DNA of 56,500 nucleotides from a virus (Duplodnaviria; Caudoviricetes): IMG/VR virus record IMGVR_UViG_3300001765_000046, positions 1 to 56,500 of that record; one strand, 5' to 3'. Shown piece by piece: positions 1 to 7,570 of this stretch (position 1 is its first letter; each line of letters starts with the position of its first letter). The notes under the pieces were generated by a model. It saw only the letters and a program-made list of their open reading frames with translations, ran no database searches and was not told where the DNA came from. The position numbers and the translations under genes were made by a program.

Positions 1-9
1 AAATATATG

Positions 10-36
10 AAATAAACAAGTTTCACTTGTTTATTT
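10..36 (-). terminator. Hairpin, probable terminator of the small-ORF transcript
   Basis: Inverted repeat AAATAAACAAG-tttca-CTTGTTTATTT about 20 nt past the stop of ORF 56..190. Confidence 0.5.
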
Positions 37-55
37 TTAATAGTTTTGTGTAATT

Positions 56-190
56 TTAAGTAAGTTTAACATTAACAGTTTTCAACCCCACGCTTCTATC
101 AATGCAATATCCTGCTACGTGGCCTTGTTCATTATTTAAGAATGAAGGTCGTGTACTAAACATCGAATTTTTATTTATGAGTGTTTTCAT
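56..190 (-). CDS. Small hypothetical protein, 44 aa (not in the ORF track)
   Basis: Open frame MKTLINKNSMFSTRPSFLNNEQGHVAGYCIDRSVGLKTVNVKLT* with an A-rich leader, lying between a promoter (273..304) and a hairpin (10..36). Confidence 0.45.
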   Translation of the reverse strand: MKTLINKNSMFSTRPSFLNNEQGHVAGYCIDRSVGLKTVNVKLT

Positions 191-272
191 TTTTTTTAAT
201 TTTACCCTGGTTCCAAACCAAGGATTTGTTCCGTGACATTACTGCCTCAGATTGTTTTTTTATTTTATAATA

Positions 273-304
273 CAAATATACATATAAATATTGAATAAAA
301 CAAG
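273..304 (-). promoter_or_regulatory. Bacteroidota-type housekeeping-sigma promoter with an overlapping late motif
   Basis: Minus strand CTTG-N20-TATATTTG; ATATTTATA at 291..283. Confidence 0.6.
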
Positions 305-321
305 AAAAGTTCAAATTATTT

Positions 322-903
322 TTATATTTTATTAAAAAATCTTTTAAAATCGTCACCAAACTGTGAATTTTCAGATATATTAGTATCTTTTGTCATCATT
401 ATCCCCGTCATTGGGTAATCACTATAATTTTTTAAATTAACAATAGTTTTTCTGTGATAACCAGGAATTTTATTATTTTTTGTTAAATTACTATATATTG
501 GAAAATATCTTGTTGAATCAAGTGATGCAATTACAAAATAATCAGGTTTTATATTTTCAACAAAATTTAAAATTATTTTAAACATTGTTGAATAAATTTT
601 AATTATGTTTTCTTTACCTTCTTTATATTCATAAGAATCTATATTTTCTCGTGAATCTTTAATATTTAAAAATCCTATATTATATATTTCCCCATTTAAA
701 ATTAAATCATCTTCAATAAATGGTGAAGGTATTTTTGAAATAAAATAATTATATGATTGTTCACCTACGGTAAAAGTACCATTTAATTCAGTACCATTAA
801 TATCTACAGCATTAGTAGTTGTTAATTTAATTTCATTTATTAGTACTTTACTTTTCGTTAAGAAAATATCACGAGATGCTGGTTCATTAATGTTCAAATC
901 CAT
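322..903 (-). CDS. Hypothetical protein, 193 aa
   Basis: Long ORF with phage-like composition; no motif recognised. Confidence 0.75.
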   Translation of the reverse strand: MDLNINEPASRDIFLTKSKVLINEIKLTTTNAVDINGTELNGTFTVGEQSYNYFISKIPSPFIEDDLILNGEIYNIGFLNIKDSRENIDSYEYKEGKENIIKIYSTMFKIILNFVENIKPDYFVIASLDSTRYFPIYSNLTKNNKIPGYHRKTIVNLKNYSDYPMTGIMMTKDTNISENSQFGDDFKRFFNKI

Positions 904-1048
904 AACAAAATTATATTTTTCTTGTTGGATAATATGAATTCACATTTATTGTAGATAAATTCCATAACCAATTGTTAGGGTTATCACCATTTATGGTTGA
1001 AGAATCGTAGGGTATATAAATCACTTATACTTGATGAAATACCACTAA

Positions 1049-1345
1049 TTAAACCGTTTGTGTTATATAATCTTCGATATTTTCAATATTATGATGGTGT
1101 ACATATGAGTAATCTTTTTCACTAATATAGATACCTGATGAGACGTATCTAACATCTATATTGATATTTGAATCTGTGATTTCCTCACCCCTAAAAGTTT
1201 CCATGATACGATTAATATCATCACACAATTCAGGAAAATGAACTTTTAACCTTTCAACTCGTCCATTAAGATAATATTTTTTTAAATATTTGGTTTGCCA
1301 ATGCTTTAAACCGAAATTTTCTAAGACTTTATTTCTAATTGTCAT
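1049..1345 (-). CDS. Hypothetical protein (start probably MTIRNK at 1345)
   Basis: ORF 1049..1378; the internal ATG follows a TATCTTTA promoter-like element and an A-rich leader. Confidence 0.55.
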   Translation of the reverse strand: MTIRNKVLENFGLKHWQTKYLKKYYLNGRVERLKVHFPELCDDINRIMETFRGEEITDSNINIDVRYVSSGIYISEKDYSYVHHHNIENIEDYITQTV

Positions 1346-1390
1346 AAATATATATTTTAAAGATAAAATACTAAACAATAACTTGTTTGA

Positions 1391-1476
1391 ACTAACGTTT
1401 ATTGTCCCCTACTTTCCCGTATCAGATACATTTCGGTTCGGTCTGGCGCTCTTTCTTGAGCTTATTTCAGTTAGTA
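1391..1476 (-). ncRNA. Candidate small structured RNA
   Basis: GC-rich intergenic island closed by ACUAAC/GUUAGU, internal GCUC-AAGAAA-GAGC hairpin, late-like ACATTTATA motif just upstream (1495..1487). Confidence 0.3.
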
Positions 1477-1530
1477 TTTTATATTTTATAAATGTACATA
1501 AAAAAAATCAAATAATAAAATATTACAGGT

Positions 1531-1968
1531 TTAAAAATAAAAATATCTATTAATGTTATGGGGTTTAATTTCTCCTGTATCAGGAATAATATTAAATTTT
1601 TTACCTTCAATTGGGTTATTGTCTAATATTGTTCTTTTTTTCCATCTCATTAATGCAATTGGTCCATATCCCATTTGTTGTGACAGATAATAAAGATATG
1701 CATAACCATTATTTTTAGGTTTTAAAATTTTTTCCTTTTTAGCCTTGTTTTTTTTAATGTGTTTTTCCTTGAAAAAACTATCTATGTAGTCATCATCGGG
1801 AATTTGAAATTTATCTTTTATAAAATCATCTACTTGATCTTGTGTTGGTTCATAATAATATATATCATTGTCTTTAAACGTAGGGTCTTCTTTATGATAA
1901 TATGGGAATTTATGAATCTTTCTTTCAAATATTCTATTATATTGTTCTTCTGATATTATTATTTTCAT
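1531..1968 (-). CDS. Hypothetical protein with MKIIISEEQY N-terminus (probable late gene)
   Basis: 145-aa ORF preceded by ATATTTATA (1995..1987). Confidence 0.75.
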   Translation of the reverse strand: MKIIISEEQYNRIFERKIHKFPYYHKEDPTFKDNDIYYYEPTQDQVDDFIKDKFQIPDDDYIDSFFKEKHIKKNKAKKEKILKPKNNGYAYLYYLSQQMGYGPIALMRWKKRTILDNNPIEGKKFNIIPDTGEIKPHNINRYFYF

Positions 1969-2005
1969 CGATAAATTATTTATACATATAAATATAGTTA
2001 TAAAT

Positions 2006-2036
2006 AAAAACCTCCGATTGTAAGTCGGTGGTTTTT
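2006..2036 (-). terminator. Intrinsic terminator after the clpC C-terminal half
   Basis: AAAAACCtCCGA-ttgtaag-TCGGtGGTTTTT, with A and T tracts on both sides. Confidence 0.7.
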
Positions 2037-2041
2037 GTTAT

Positions 2042-3190
2042 TTATTCTTTAATGAAAATAATATCGTTATCAATTGATAACTTATATTCTTTATTTTTTA
2101 CAATTCTGTTTTTTAAAATTTCAACACTAATAAAATTTTCGATTTTATCTTGAATGACTCTTTTTAGTGGTCGGGCGCCGTATTGATCATCAAACCCCGC
2201 TTTGGTTATCATTTTTATGATTAAATCATCAAAGGTAATATTATAATTAAGTTCTTTAATTCGATTTAATACCGTGTTTAATTCAATTTTAGAAATCTTT
2301 TCCACATCAGTTTCATTTAATGTATTAAACGTAATAATATCATCAACACGATTTAAAAATTCTGGTGGAAATAATTTTTTAAGTTCCTTATTAATTGTTA
2401 TTTTTTTCTTTTCGGCACTTAAACCGTCACTACCAAAACCAATACCGTTACCAAAATCTTGGACTTTTCTAAGTCCTACGTTTGATGTCATAATAATAAC
2501 ACAATTTTTAAAATTAACTGTTTTACCTTGTCCATCGGTCATTCTACCATCATCCAAGATTTGTAATAATGTGTTGAAAATATCTTTATGCGCTTTTTCG
2601 ATTTCATCAAACAAAATAATTGAATAAGGTTTATTTTTAACTTTCTCGGTTAATTCACCCCCTTCTTCATAACCTATGTATGACGGGGTGGCACCAAATA
2701 ATCTTGATGCTGTGTGTCTTTCTTGGAATTCGGACATATCAAATCGAATTAGATTATCTTTTGAACCGAACAATTCTTTAGCAAGTTGTTTTGCCAAATG
2801 GGTATTGTGTGATAATATATTGTTAGTGTAATACCTATGATTTGATGTTTCTGGTAATTCTAAATCGTACATAATTTCTTCATATCCTAAATTTTCAACA
2901 TTAATAACCACATCGGTTTGTCCGTCAATAACCATTATTAAATCACCGATATTTAAATCTTTAACAAAAATTTCATTAAAATTTTCATCAAACACTATAT
3001 GGTTATCCGCACATTTTAATACCAAACCACTTGATAATTTCAATAAGTACACATCATATGGTATCGTTTCATGTAGATTTTTAATATCAGACCAACCAGT
3101 GTCAGTTAATACCTCATAATCACATACAGGTGTTGTTTTAGTTATTTTTTTTAAAAAATCATAACTATCAGATTTTGAATTGTTTTTCAT
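2042..3190 (-). CDS. clpC: Split-intein C-fragment (aa 1-129) fused to the C-terminal half of a ClpC-like ATPase (AAA domain 2)
   Basis: Intein motifs KCADNH, MYDL and ILSHN|T, then THLAKQLA..RFDMSEF, Walker B ILFDEIEKAH, MTSN and the GIGFG ClpP-docking loop. Confidence 0.93.
   Translation of the reverse strand: MKNNSKSDSYDFLKKITKTTPVCDYEVLTDTGWSDIKNLHETIPYDVYLLKLSSGLVLKCADNHIVFDENFNEIFVKDLNIGDLIMVIDGQTDVVINVENLGYEEIMYDLELPETSNHRYYTNNILSHNTHLAKQLAKELFGSKDNLIRFDMSEFQERHTASRLFGATPSYIGYEEGGELTEKVKNKPYSIILFDEIEKAHKDIFNTLLQILDDGRMTDGQGKTVNFKNCVIIMTSNVGLRKVQDFGNGIGFGSDGLSAEKKKITINKELKKLFPPEFLNRVDDIITFNTLNETDVEKISKIELNTVLNRIKELNYNITFDDLIIKMITKAGFDDQYGARPLKRVIQDKIENFISVEILKNRIVKNKEYKLSIDNDIIFIKE
2804..3190 (-). 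mobile_element. IntC of an atypically split intein (129 aa)
   Basis: Carries blocks B, F and G; ends His-Asn before the +1 Thr. Confidence 0.9.
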
Positions 3191-3230
3191 TGTTTATTTT
3201 TTTTAATTGTTTATTTTTTTTAATTGTTTA
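3189..3230. repeat. 17-bp tandem repeat in the leader of clpC-C
   Basis: ATTGTTTATTTTTTTTA at 3189 and 3206, partial third copy at 3223; a similar core at about 3251-3262. Confidence 0.7.
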
Positions 3231-3235
3231 TGATA

Positions 3236-3267
3236 CAAAGATATGTATTTTTTAATTGTTTACCAAA
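3236..3267 (-). promoter_or_regulatory. Bacteroidota-type promoter for the clpC C-half
   Basis: TTTG-N20-TATCTTTG on the minus strand. Confidence 0.8.
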
Positions 3268-4524
3268 TTAATTAATATTTTTTAATAGAAAATCTAAACA
3301 TTTTTGTGTTATTTTGGTTTTATCTTTTATTCTATATTCAGAATCCCAAACAACTAATAAATTGAAACCTTGTTGATTTGCCAAGTTTAATTTTTTTTCA
3401 TCATTATTCCACATATCTTGGGCGGTTTTTTTATTTGAAAATGGGTTTGGGTAATCTGCCGATTTAAATTTCTTCGGGTTACCATGAAACATATCACCAT
3501 GAAACTCAATTATTTTTTTATTTTTCAAATCGGTAAAATCATATAAAAATATGCCACCATCAGGATTATTTATTTTATATTCGCCATTATGTGTAGTAAA
3601 ATGAATGTCTTTTCGATCATTAATATTATAATTTTCTAATAAAATCCAAAATAATTCTTGACTTATTTTAGAATAACCATTTTTCATATTACCATTATTA
3701 GTCAATGAATTTGACCACTTAATTTGTCTTTCAGTAAAAACTTCTTTACCTTTTTCTTCCCCATATTTTTTAATACATTTTTCTAAAGTAAATGTTTTCT
3801 GTCTTTTGGAAACTAACTTAATTGATTCATCTTTACTAAATCCTTTTTTTTTCCAATACCCTACTTGGTTTTGTAAAATTGAATTATAATTTTCGGGTGT
3901 TAATAGTTTTTTTAATGATAATTTTTGTGAATTTCGGGTTTGAATTTCCGATATTTTATTTTTTGACTCTTCTTCTGAATATCCACGTTTAATCCAATAT
4001 AAAGTTGTGAAATGTGATCGACTTTTCATGTAGTCAGAAATTTCATCATCACTCCAACCCAATTGTTCTAAATCTTTAATCGTTCTTGATTTATGATTAA
4101 CAACCTTAGAATTTGAATATATTTGTTGTTCCCTTATTTTTAAAATGGATTCATCACGACTAAAACCTTTTTTTAACCAATATTCAATACAAAGTCTATT
4201 ACGTTGTTTTAATTCTAAATTTCTTTTTTCCAATTCAAGTTTGGCGTTATCTTCAGACCAACCTCGAATGGTAAAATACTCAATATTTCCAAATTTTCTT
4301 GTTTTAAATTTATAATGTTTTTGTAACCACTTATTAATTTCCGAATAATATATCGAAATATCATCATTTAAAAATTCATAATATAACCTACCAAATATAG
4401 GTTTTATTAAATCATTTTCATTTTTAATATTTTTATCAATTAATAAAATATGGTTAATAAAACTATCTATCGTCGGGAACAACTCAATACCTGTAAATTT
4501 AGTTTTTAATTTTTTTAAAATCAT
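3268..4524 (-). CDS. Free-standing Vsr/DUF559-like homing endonuclease inside the fractured clpC
   Basis: C-terminal YDF..IIEFHGDMFH..W..D..K..GFNLLVVWDSE; N-terminal repeats of YW.KKG(F/Y)S.(D/E)ES. Confidence 0.85.
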   Translation of the reverse strand: MILKKLKTKFTGIELFPTIDSFINHILLIDKNIKNENDLIKPIFGRLYYEFLNDDISIYYSEINKWLQKHYKFKTRKFGNIEYFTIRGWSEDNAKLELEKRNLELKQRNRLCIEYWLKKGFSRDESILKIREQQIYSNSKVVNHKSRTIKDLEQLGWSDDEISDYMKSRSHFTTLYWIKRGYSEEESKNKISEIQTRNSQKLSLKKLLTPENYNSILQNQVGYWKKKGFSKDESIKLVSKRQKTFTLEKCIKKYGEEKGKEVFTERQIKWSNSLTNNGNMKNGYSKISQELFWILLENYNINDRKDIHFTTHNGEYKINNPDGGIFLYDFTDLKNKKIIEFHGDMFHGNPKKFKSADYPNPFSNKKTAQDMWNNDEKKLNLANQQGFNLLVVWDSEYRIKDKTKITQKCLDFLLKNIN

Positions 4525-4525
4525 A

Positions 4526-4567
4526 TTATATATAACTAAGATTTAGTTCTTAGTTATATATAAATAT
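4526..4567 (-). promoter_or_regulatory. Perfect 16-bp hairpin at the endonuclease translation start, overlapping a late promoter
   Basis: TTATATATAACTAAGA-tttagt-TCTTAGTTATATATAA ends 1 nt before the ATG; ATATTTATA at 4567..4559. Confidence 0.75.
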
Positions 4568-4591
4568 ATTGTAGTTAACGAAAGTTAGGGT

Positions 4592-5938
4592 TTATTGGAC
4601 TTGGTTAAGGTATTTTTCAAAAGTTTTTATATCAACTTTTTCTATAATACCAGTAACCTTATTTCTGATGGTAATGTTAGTATCACCAGAAATACATTTA
4701 CCAACACCCGTAGAACCTAAGAAAATATACGAAATTGGTTTGTTCGGGTCTTTAATACCGATGCGTTGTCGATAAATAGCGTTTACTATTTCACTAATAA
4801 CTTCGTCTTGACCAATTACCACAGATTTTAGATTATTTTCTAATTGTAATAATTTATTTGATTCATCTTCCCCAACTCGTGAAACGGGTATGTTAGTCAT
4901 GCGTGTTACCATTTCATAAACATCATCAACCGTAACTAATTCTTTATTTTCGTTCATTCTAAAAGCCCATCTTTCTTTAGCTTTTTCCAAATCGATAATT
5001 ATTTTTTTTTCTTGATCACGAAGTTGAGCTGCTTGTTCATACTTTTGTTCTTTAATGATTTCAAGTTTTCTTAGTTTGATTTCGTCAATATCTAATTTTA
5101 ACTTTTCAATTTCTTCGGGCATTTTTATCGAAATTTTCTTTTCAGAACCCAATTCATCAAGAACATCAATGGCTTTATCAGGAAAATATCTATCTGTGAT
5201 ATAACGATTAGCCAACATTACTACAGTTTCAATAACATTTTCACCATAATTAACTTTATGAAAATTTTCATATGATGATTTTAGTTTATTTAATATTTCT
5301 ATAGTTTCTTCATATGTGGGTTCATCCAGATTAATTTTTTGAAAACGTCTAACAAGTGCAGCATCTTTTTCGATATTTTTCTTATATTCATCATGTGTCG
5401 TAGCACCAATACATTGAATTTCATTGCGTGATAACGCAGGTTTCATTATATTTGCCGCATCCATTTGTCCTGATGAATTACCCGCACCAACCAAAGTGTG
5501 AATTTCATCAATGAAAACAATCACGTCAGGGTTGTCTTTTAATTCAACCATCACAGCTTTCATTCTTTCTTCAAATTGTCCGCGGTATTTAGTACCTGCG
5601 ACCATTGAAGATAAATCAAGTGACACCACTCTTTTATCCAATAAATTACTTGGACAATCCCCACTAATAATCAATAAAGCCAATTTTTCAATTAATGCCG
5701 TTTTACCTACACCTGCTTCACCAACAATAATCGCGTTATTTTTTTTCTTTCTTGATAAAATTTGTGAAATACGTCGTACTTCTTTATCTCTACCAATCAC
5801 TGGATCTAAATCACCATCCATCGCCATTTTGGTTATGTCTCTGGAAAAATTATCCAAAATTGGGGTTTTTGACCCTGTTTTTTTTGTCGCTTTTTGAACA
5901 TCTTTTGATTCTTCGTCAGCAAAATTAGTTTCACCCAT
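4592..5938 (-). CDS. clpC: N-terminal half of a ClpC-like ATPase (AAA domain 1, UVR-like M-domain) fused to a 34-aa split-intein N-fragment
   Basis: LDPVIGR, Walker A GEAGVGKT, FIDEIH, CIGATT, FPDKAIDV, YEQAAQLRDQE; ends FLGSTGVGK|CISGDT.. Confidence 0.95.
   Translation of the reverse strand: MGETNFADEESKDVQKATKKTGSKTPILDNFSRDITKMAMDGDLDPVIGRDKEVRRISQILSRKKKNNAIIVGEAGVGKTALIEKLALLIISGDCPSNLLDKRVVSLDLSSMVAGTKYRGQFEERMKAVMVELKDNPDVIVFIDEIHTLVGAGNSSGQMDAANIMKPALSRNEIQCIGATTHDEYKKNIEKDAALVRRFQKINLDEPTYEETIEILNKLKSSYENFHKVNYGENVIETVVMLANRYITDRYFPDKAIDVLDELGSEKKISIKMPEEIEKLKLDIDEIKLRKLEIIKEQKYEQAAQLRDQEKKIIIDLEKAKERWAFRMNENKELVTVDDVYEMVTRMTNIPVSRVGEDESNKLLQLENNLKSVVIGQDEVISEIVNAIYRQRIGIKDPNKPISYIFLGSTGVGKCISGDTNITIRNKVTGIIEKVDIKTFEKYLNQVQ
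4595..4696 (-). mobile_element. IntN of an atypically split intein (34 aa)
   Basis: Block A CISGDTNITI directly after the Walker A lysine, followed by a stop. Confidence 0.9.
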
Positions 5939-5974
5939 ACTTTTTTTTATTTATGTTTATTTTTAATTACGGAA

Positions 5975-6006
5975 CAAAGATAATATAAATAATCGAAACT
6001 ACCAAG
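5975..6006 (-). promoter_or_regulatory. Bacteroidota-type promoter for the clpC N-half
   Basis: CTTG-N20-TATCTTTG on the minus strand. Confidence 0.75.
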
Positions 6007-6019
6007 TATTTTTCAATTA

Positions 6020-6361
6020 TTAACACTTTTCTATATAGTCATATTCTAATTCAATATAACCGTCATGTTCATTAATAATAGGACTTGTGTTTTTTAAAAT
6101 CAAATTATCATTTTCAAAACATGTAATTACTGATCTTAATTCCTTCGAATTTTCCCACGATAAAAAATGCACTATATCGTCAATCGTCATATTATTTTGT
6201 ATAAAAAAAATGATAGTTTTAACTTTTTGACCACTACGATATAATGATGTTAATATGAAATATTTTCCTTTTATGAATAAACTCCACCCACCTAAATCGA
6301 ATTGTTCACTACAATTAAATTCAATTTGTTGTTTAATATTACTGAAAAATTTAAAAGACAT
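6020..6361 (-). CDS. Hypothetical protein (start probably MSFKFF at 6361)
   Basis: ORF 6020..6418; a promoter at 6389..6419 lies inside the longer version. Confidence 0.6.
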   Translation of the reverse strand: MSFKFFSNIKQQIEFNCSEQFDLGGWSLFIKGKYFILTSLYRSGQKVKTIIFFIQNNMTIDDIVHFLSWENSKELRSVITCFENDNLILKNTSPIINEHDGYIELEYDYIEKC

Positions 6362-6388
6362 ATAATTTCTATATTTTAATATGAACTG

Positions 6389-6419
6389 CAAAGATAAAAC
6401 AAATATTTGATATAACAAA
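6389..6419 (-). promoter_or_regulatory. Bacteroidota-type promoter
   Basis: TTTG-N19-TATCTTTG. Confidence 0.75.
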
Positions 6420-6445
6420 ATTTTTCATCAACTAAATACTTATAA

Positions 6446-6477
6446 GTTGATATTTATATAAAAAATACTTATATTTG
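6446..6477 (+). promoter_or_regulatory. Host-type promoter with an embedded late motif, upstream of the KTSC gene
   Basis: GTTG-N20-TATATTTG; ATATTTATA at 6450..6458. Confidence 0.6.
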
Positions 6478-6506
6478 ATATTAATAATCATTAAAAAATA
6501 ACAAAT

Positions 6507-6752
6507 ATGAGCATTATTACAGAAAGAATTGAAGGAAAAAACATTAGTGTAGAAATTAATTCAGCAAACTTAACTTCAGCGACATACAACACTGAAAGTA
6601 AAGATTTATCAATTGTTTTTAAAAACAATAGTATTTATGAATATAGTAAAGTACCTTGGGATATATTTACTAAGTTTCGTATGACAGAATCACAAGGAAA
6701 ATTTTTCACTACTAATATAAAAAACAACTACGAATTTAAAAAGGTCAAATGA
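6507..6752 (+). CDS. KTSC domain protein
   Basis: SANL..ATYN....L.IVF....YEY..VP..........SQGKFF...IKNNY matches the KTSC pattern. Confidence 0.85.
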   Translation: MSIITERIEGKNISVEINSANLTSATYNTESKDLSIVFKNNSIYEYSKVPWDIFTKFRMTESQGKFFTTNIKNNYEFKKVK

Positions 6753-7564
6753 AAGAATTGTCGTTAATTGAAGAATTATTAAATGACGGAAAAGTGGATA
6801 AAAAAATATTAAAAAGTTTTTATCCTAAAGATTATTTATCTCCCATTATTTTTGATAAAAATAAACAAATTAATGACGTTGTTAGAAAAAAATTAATATC
6901 AATATCCGATAGTTTTATAAATTATCTGGGTGTAGATTTTTTTGTACATGATATTGTTTTAACGGGTTCTTTAGCGAGTTATGGTTGGTCAGAATATTCC
7001 GACTTAGATTTACATATATTAATCGATTTTAAAGAAACTACACATAATAAAGAATTATTAACCCAATTTTTTGACGCTAAAAAAGACTCGTGGTCAAACA
7101 CTCACACTTTAAAAATTAAAAACTTTGATGTTGAAATTTATGTTCAAGACACTGAAGAAGAACACATTTCAAGCGGGGTATATTCCATTTTAAATAATAA
7201 ATGGATTAATAAACCCGAAACCACCAATGTTAATATAGACGAAAAAAAAATCATTAATAAAAGTAATGAATATATGAAAAATATTGATGATTTAATTGAA
7301 AAACATAAAAACAATGAAAATATTGTTGAACCGATTTCTAAGTTATATAAAAAACTTAAAAATTTCAGAAAATGTGGTCTAAAAGAAGATGGTGAATATT
7401 CATATGAAAATTTAACCTTTAAATATCTTAGAAGAAATGGTTATATTAAGAAATTAATTAATTTAAAAAACGCAATAACAGATAAAGACCTTTCAATTAA
7501 TGAACAAAAAATTAATTTTATTATAACAGAGGCTAAAGCATCCAAATTTAAACAAATTAATTAA
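6749..7564 (+). CDS. Pol-beta-family nucleotidyltransferase
   Basis: DIVLTGSLASYGWSEYSDLDLHILIDF (GS..DxD) and a downstream VEIYVQD. Confidence 0.8.
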   Translation: MKELSLIEELLNDGKVDKKILKSFYPKDYLSPIIFDKNKQINDVVRKKLISISDSFINYLGVDFFVHDIVLTGSLASYGWSEYSDLDLHILIDFKETTHNKELLTQFFDAKKDSWSNTHTLKIKNFDVEIYVQDTEEEHISSGVYSILNNKWINKPETTNVNIDEKKIINKSNEYMKNIDDLIEKHKNNENIVEPISKLYKKLKNFRKCGLKEDGEYSYENLTFKYLRRNGYIKKLINLKNAITDKDLSINEQKINFIITEAKASKFKQIN

Positions 7565-7570
7565 CCAGAT

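Noticed and set aside
1391-1476. Integron attC site or glmS ribozyme
   Set aside because: The ends resemble AAC..GTT but the interior is not palindromic; AGCGCCAGA is not followed by the glmS core.
3191-4591. Group I intron explanation for the clpC and dut interruptions
   Set aside because: The spacers are short and AT-rich with no room for a ribozyme core; each half has its own start or stop and intein termini.
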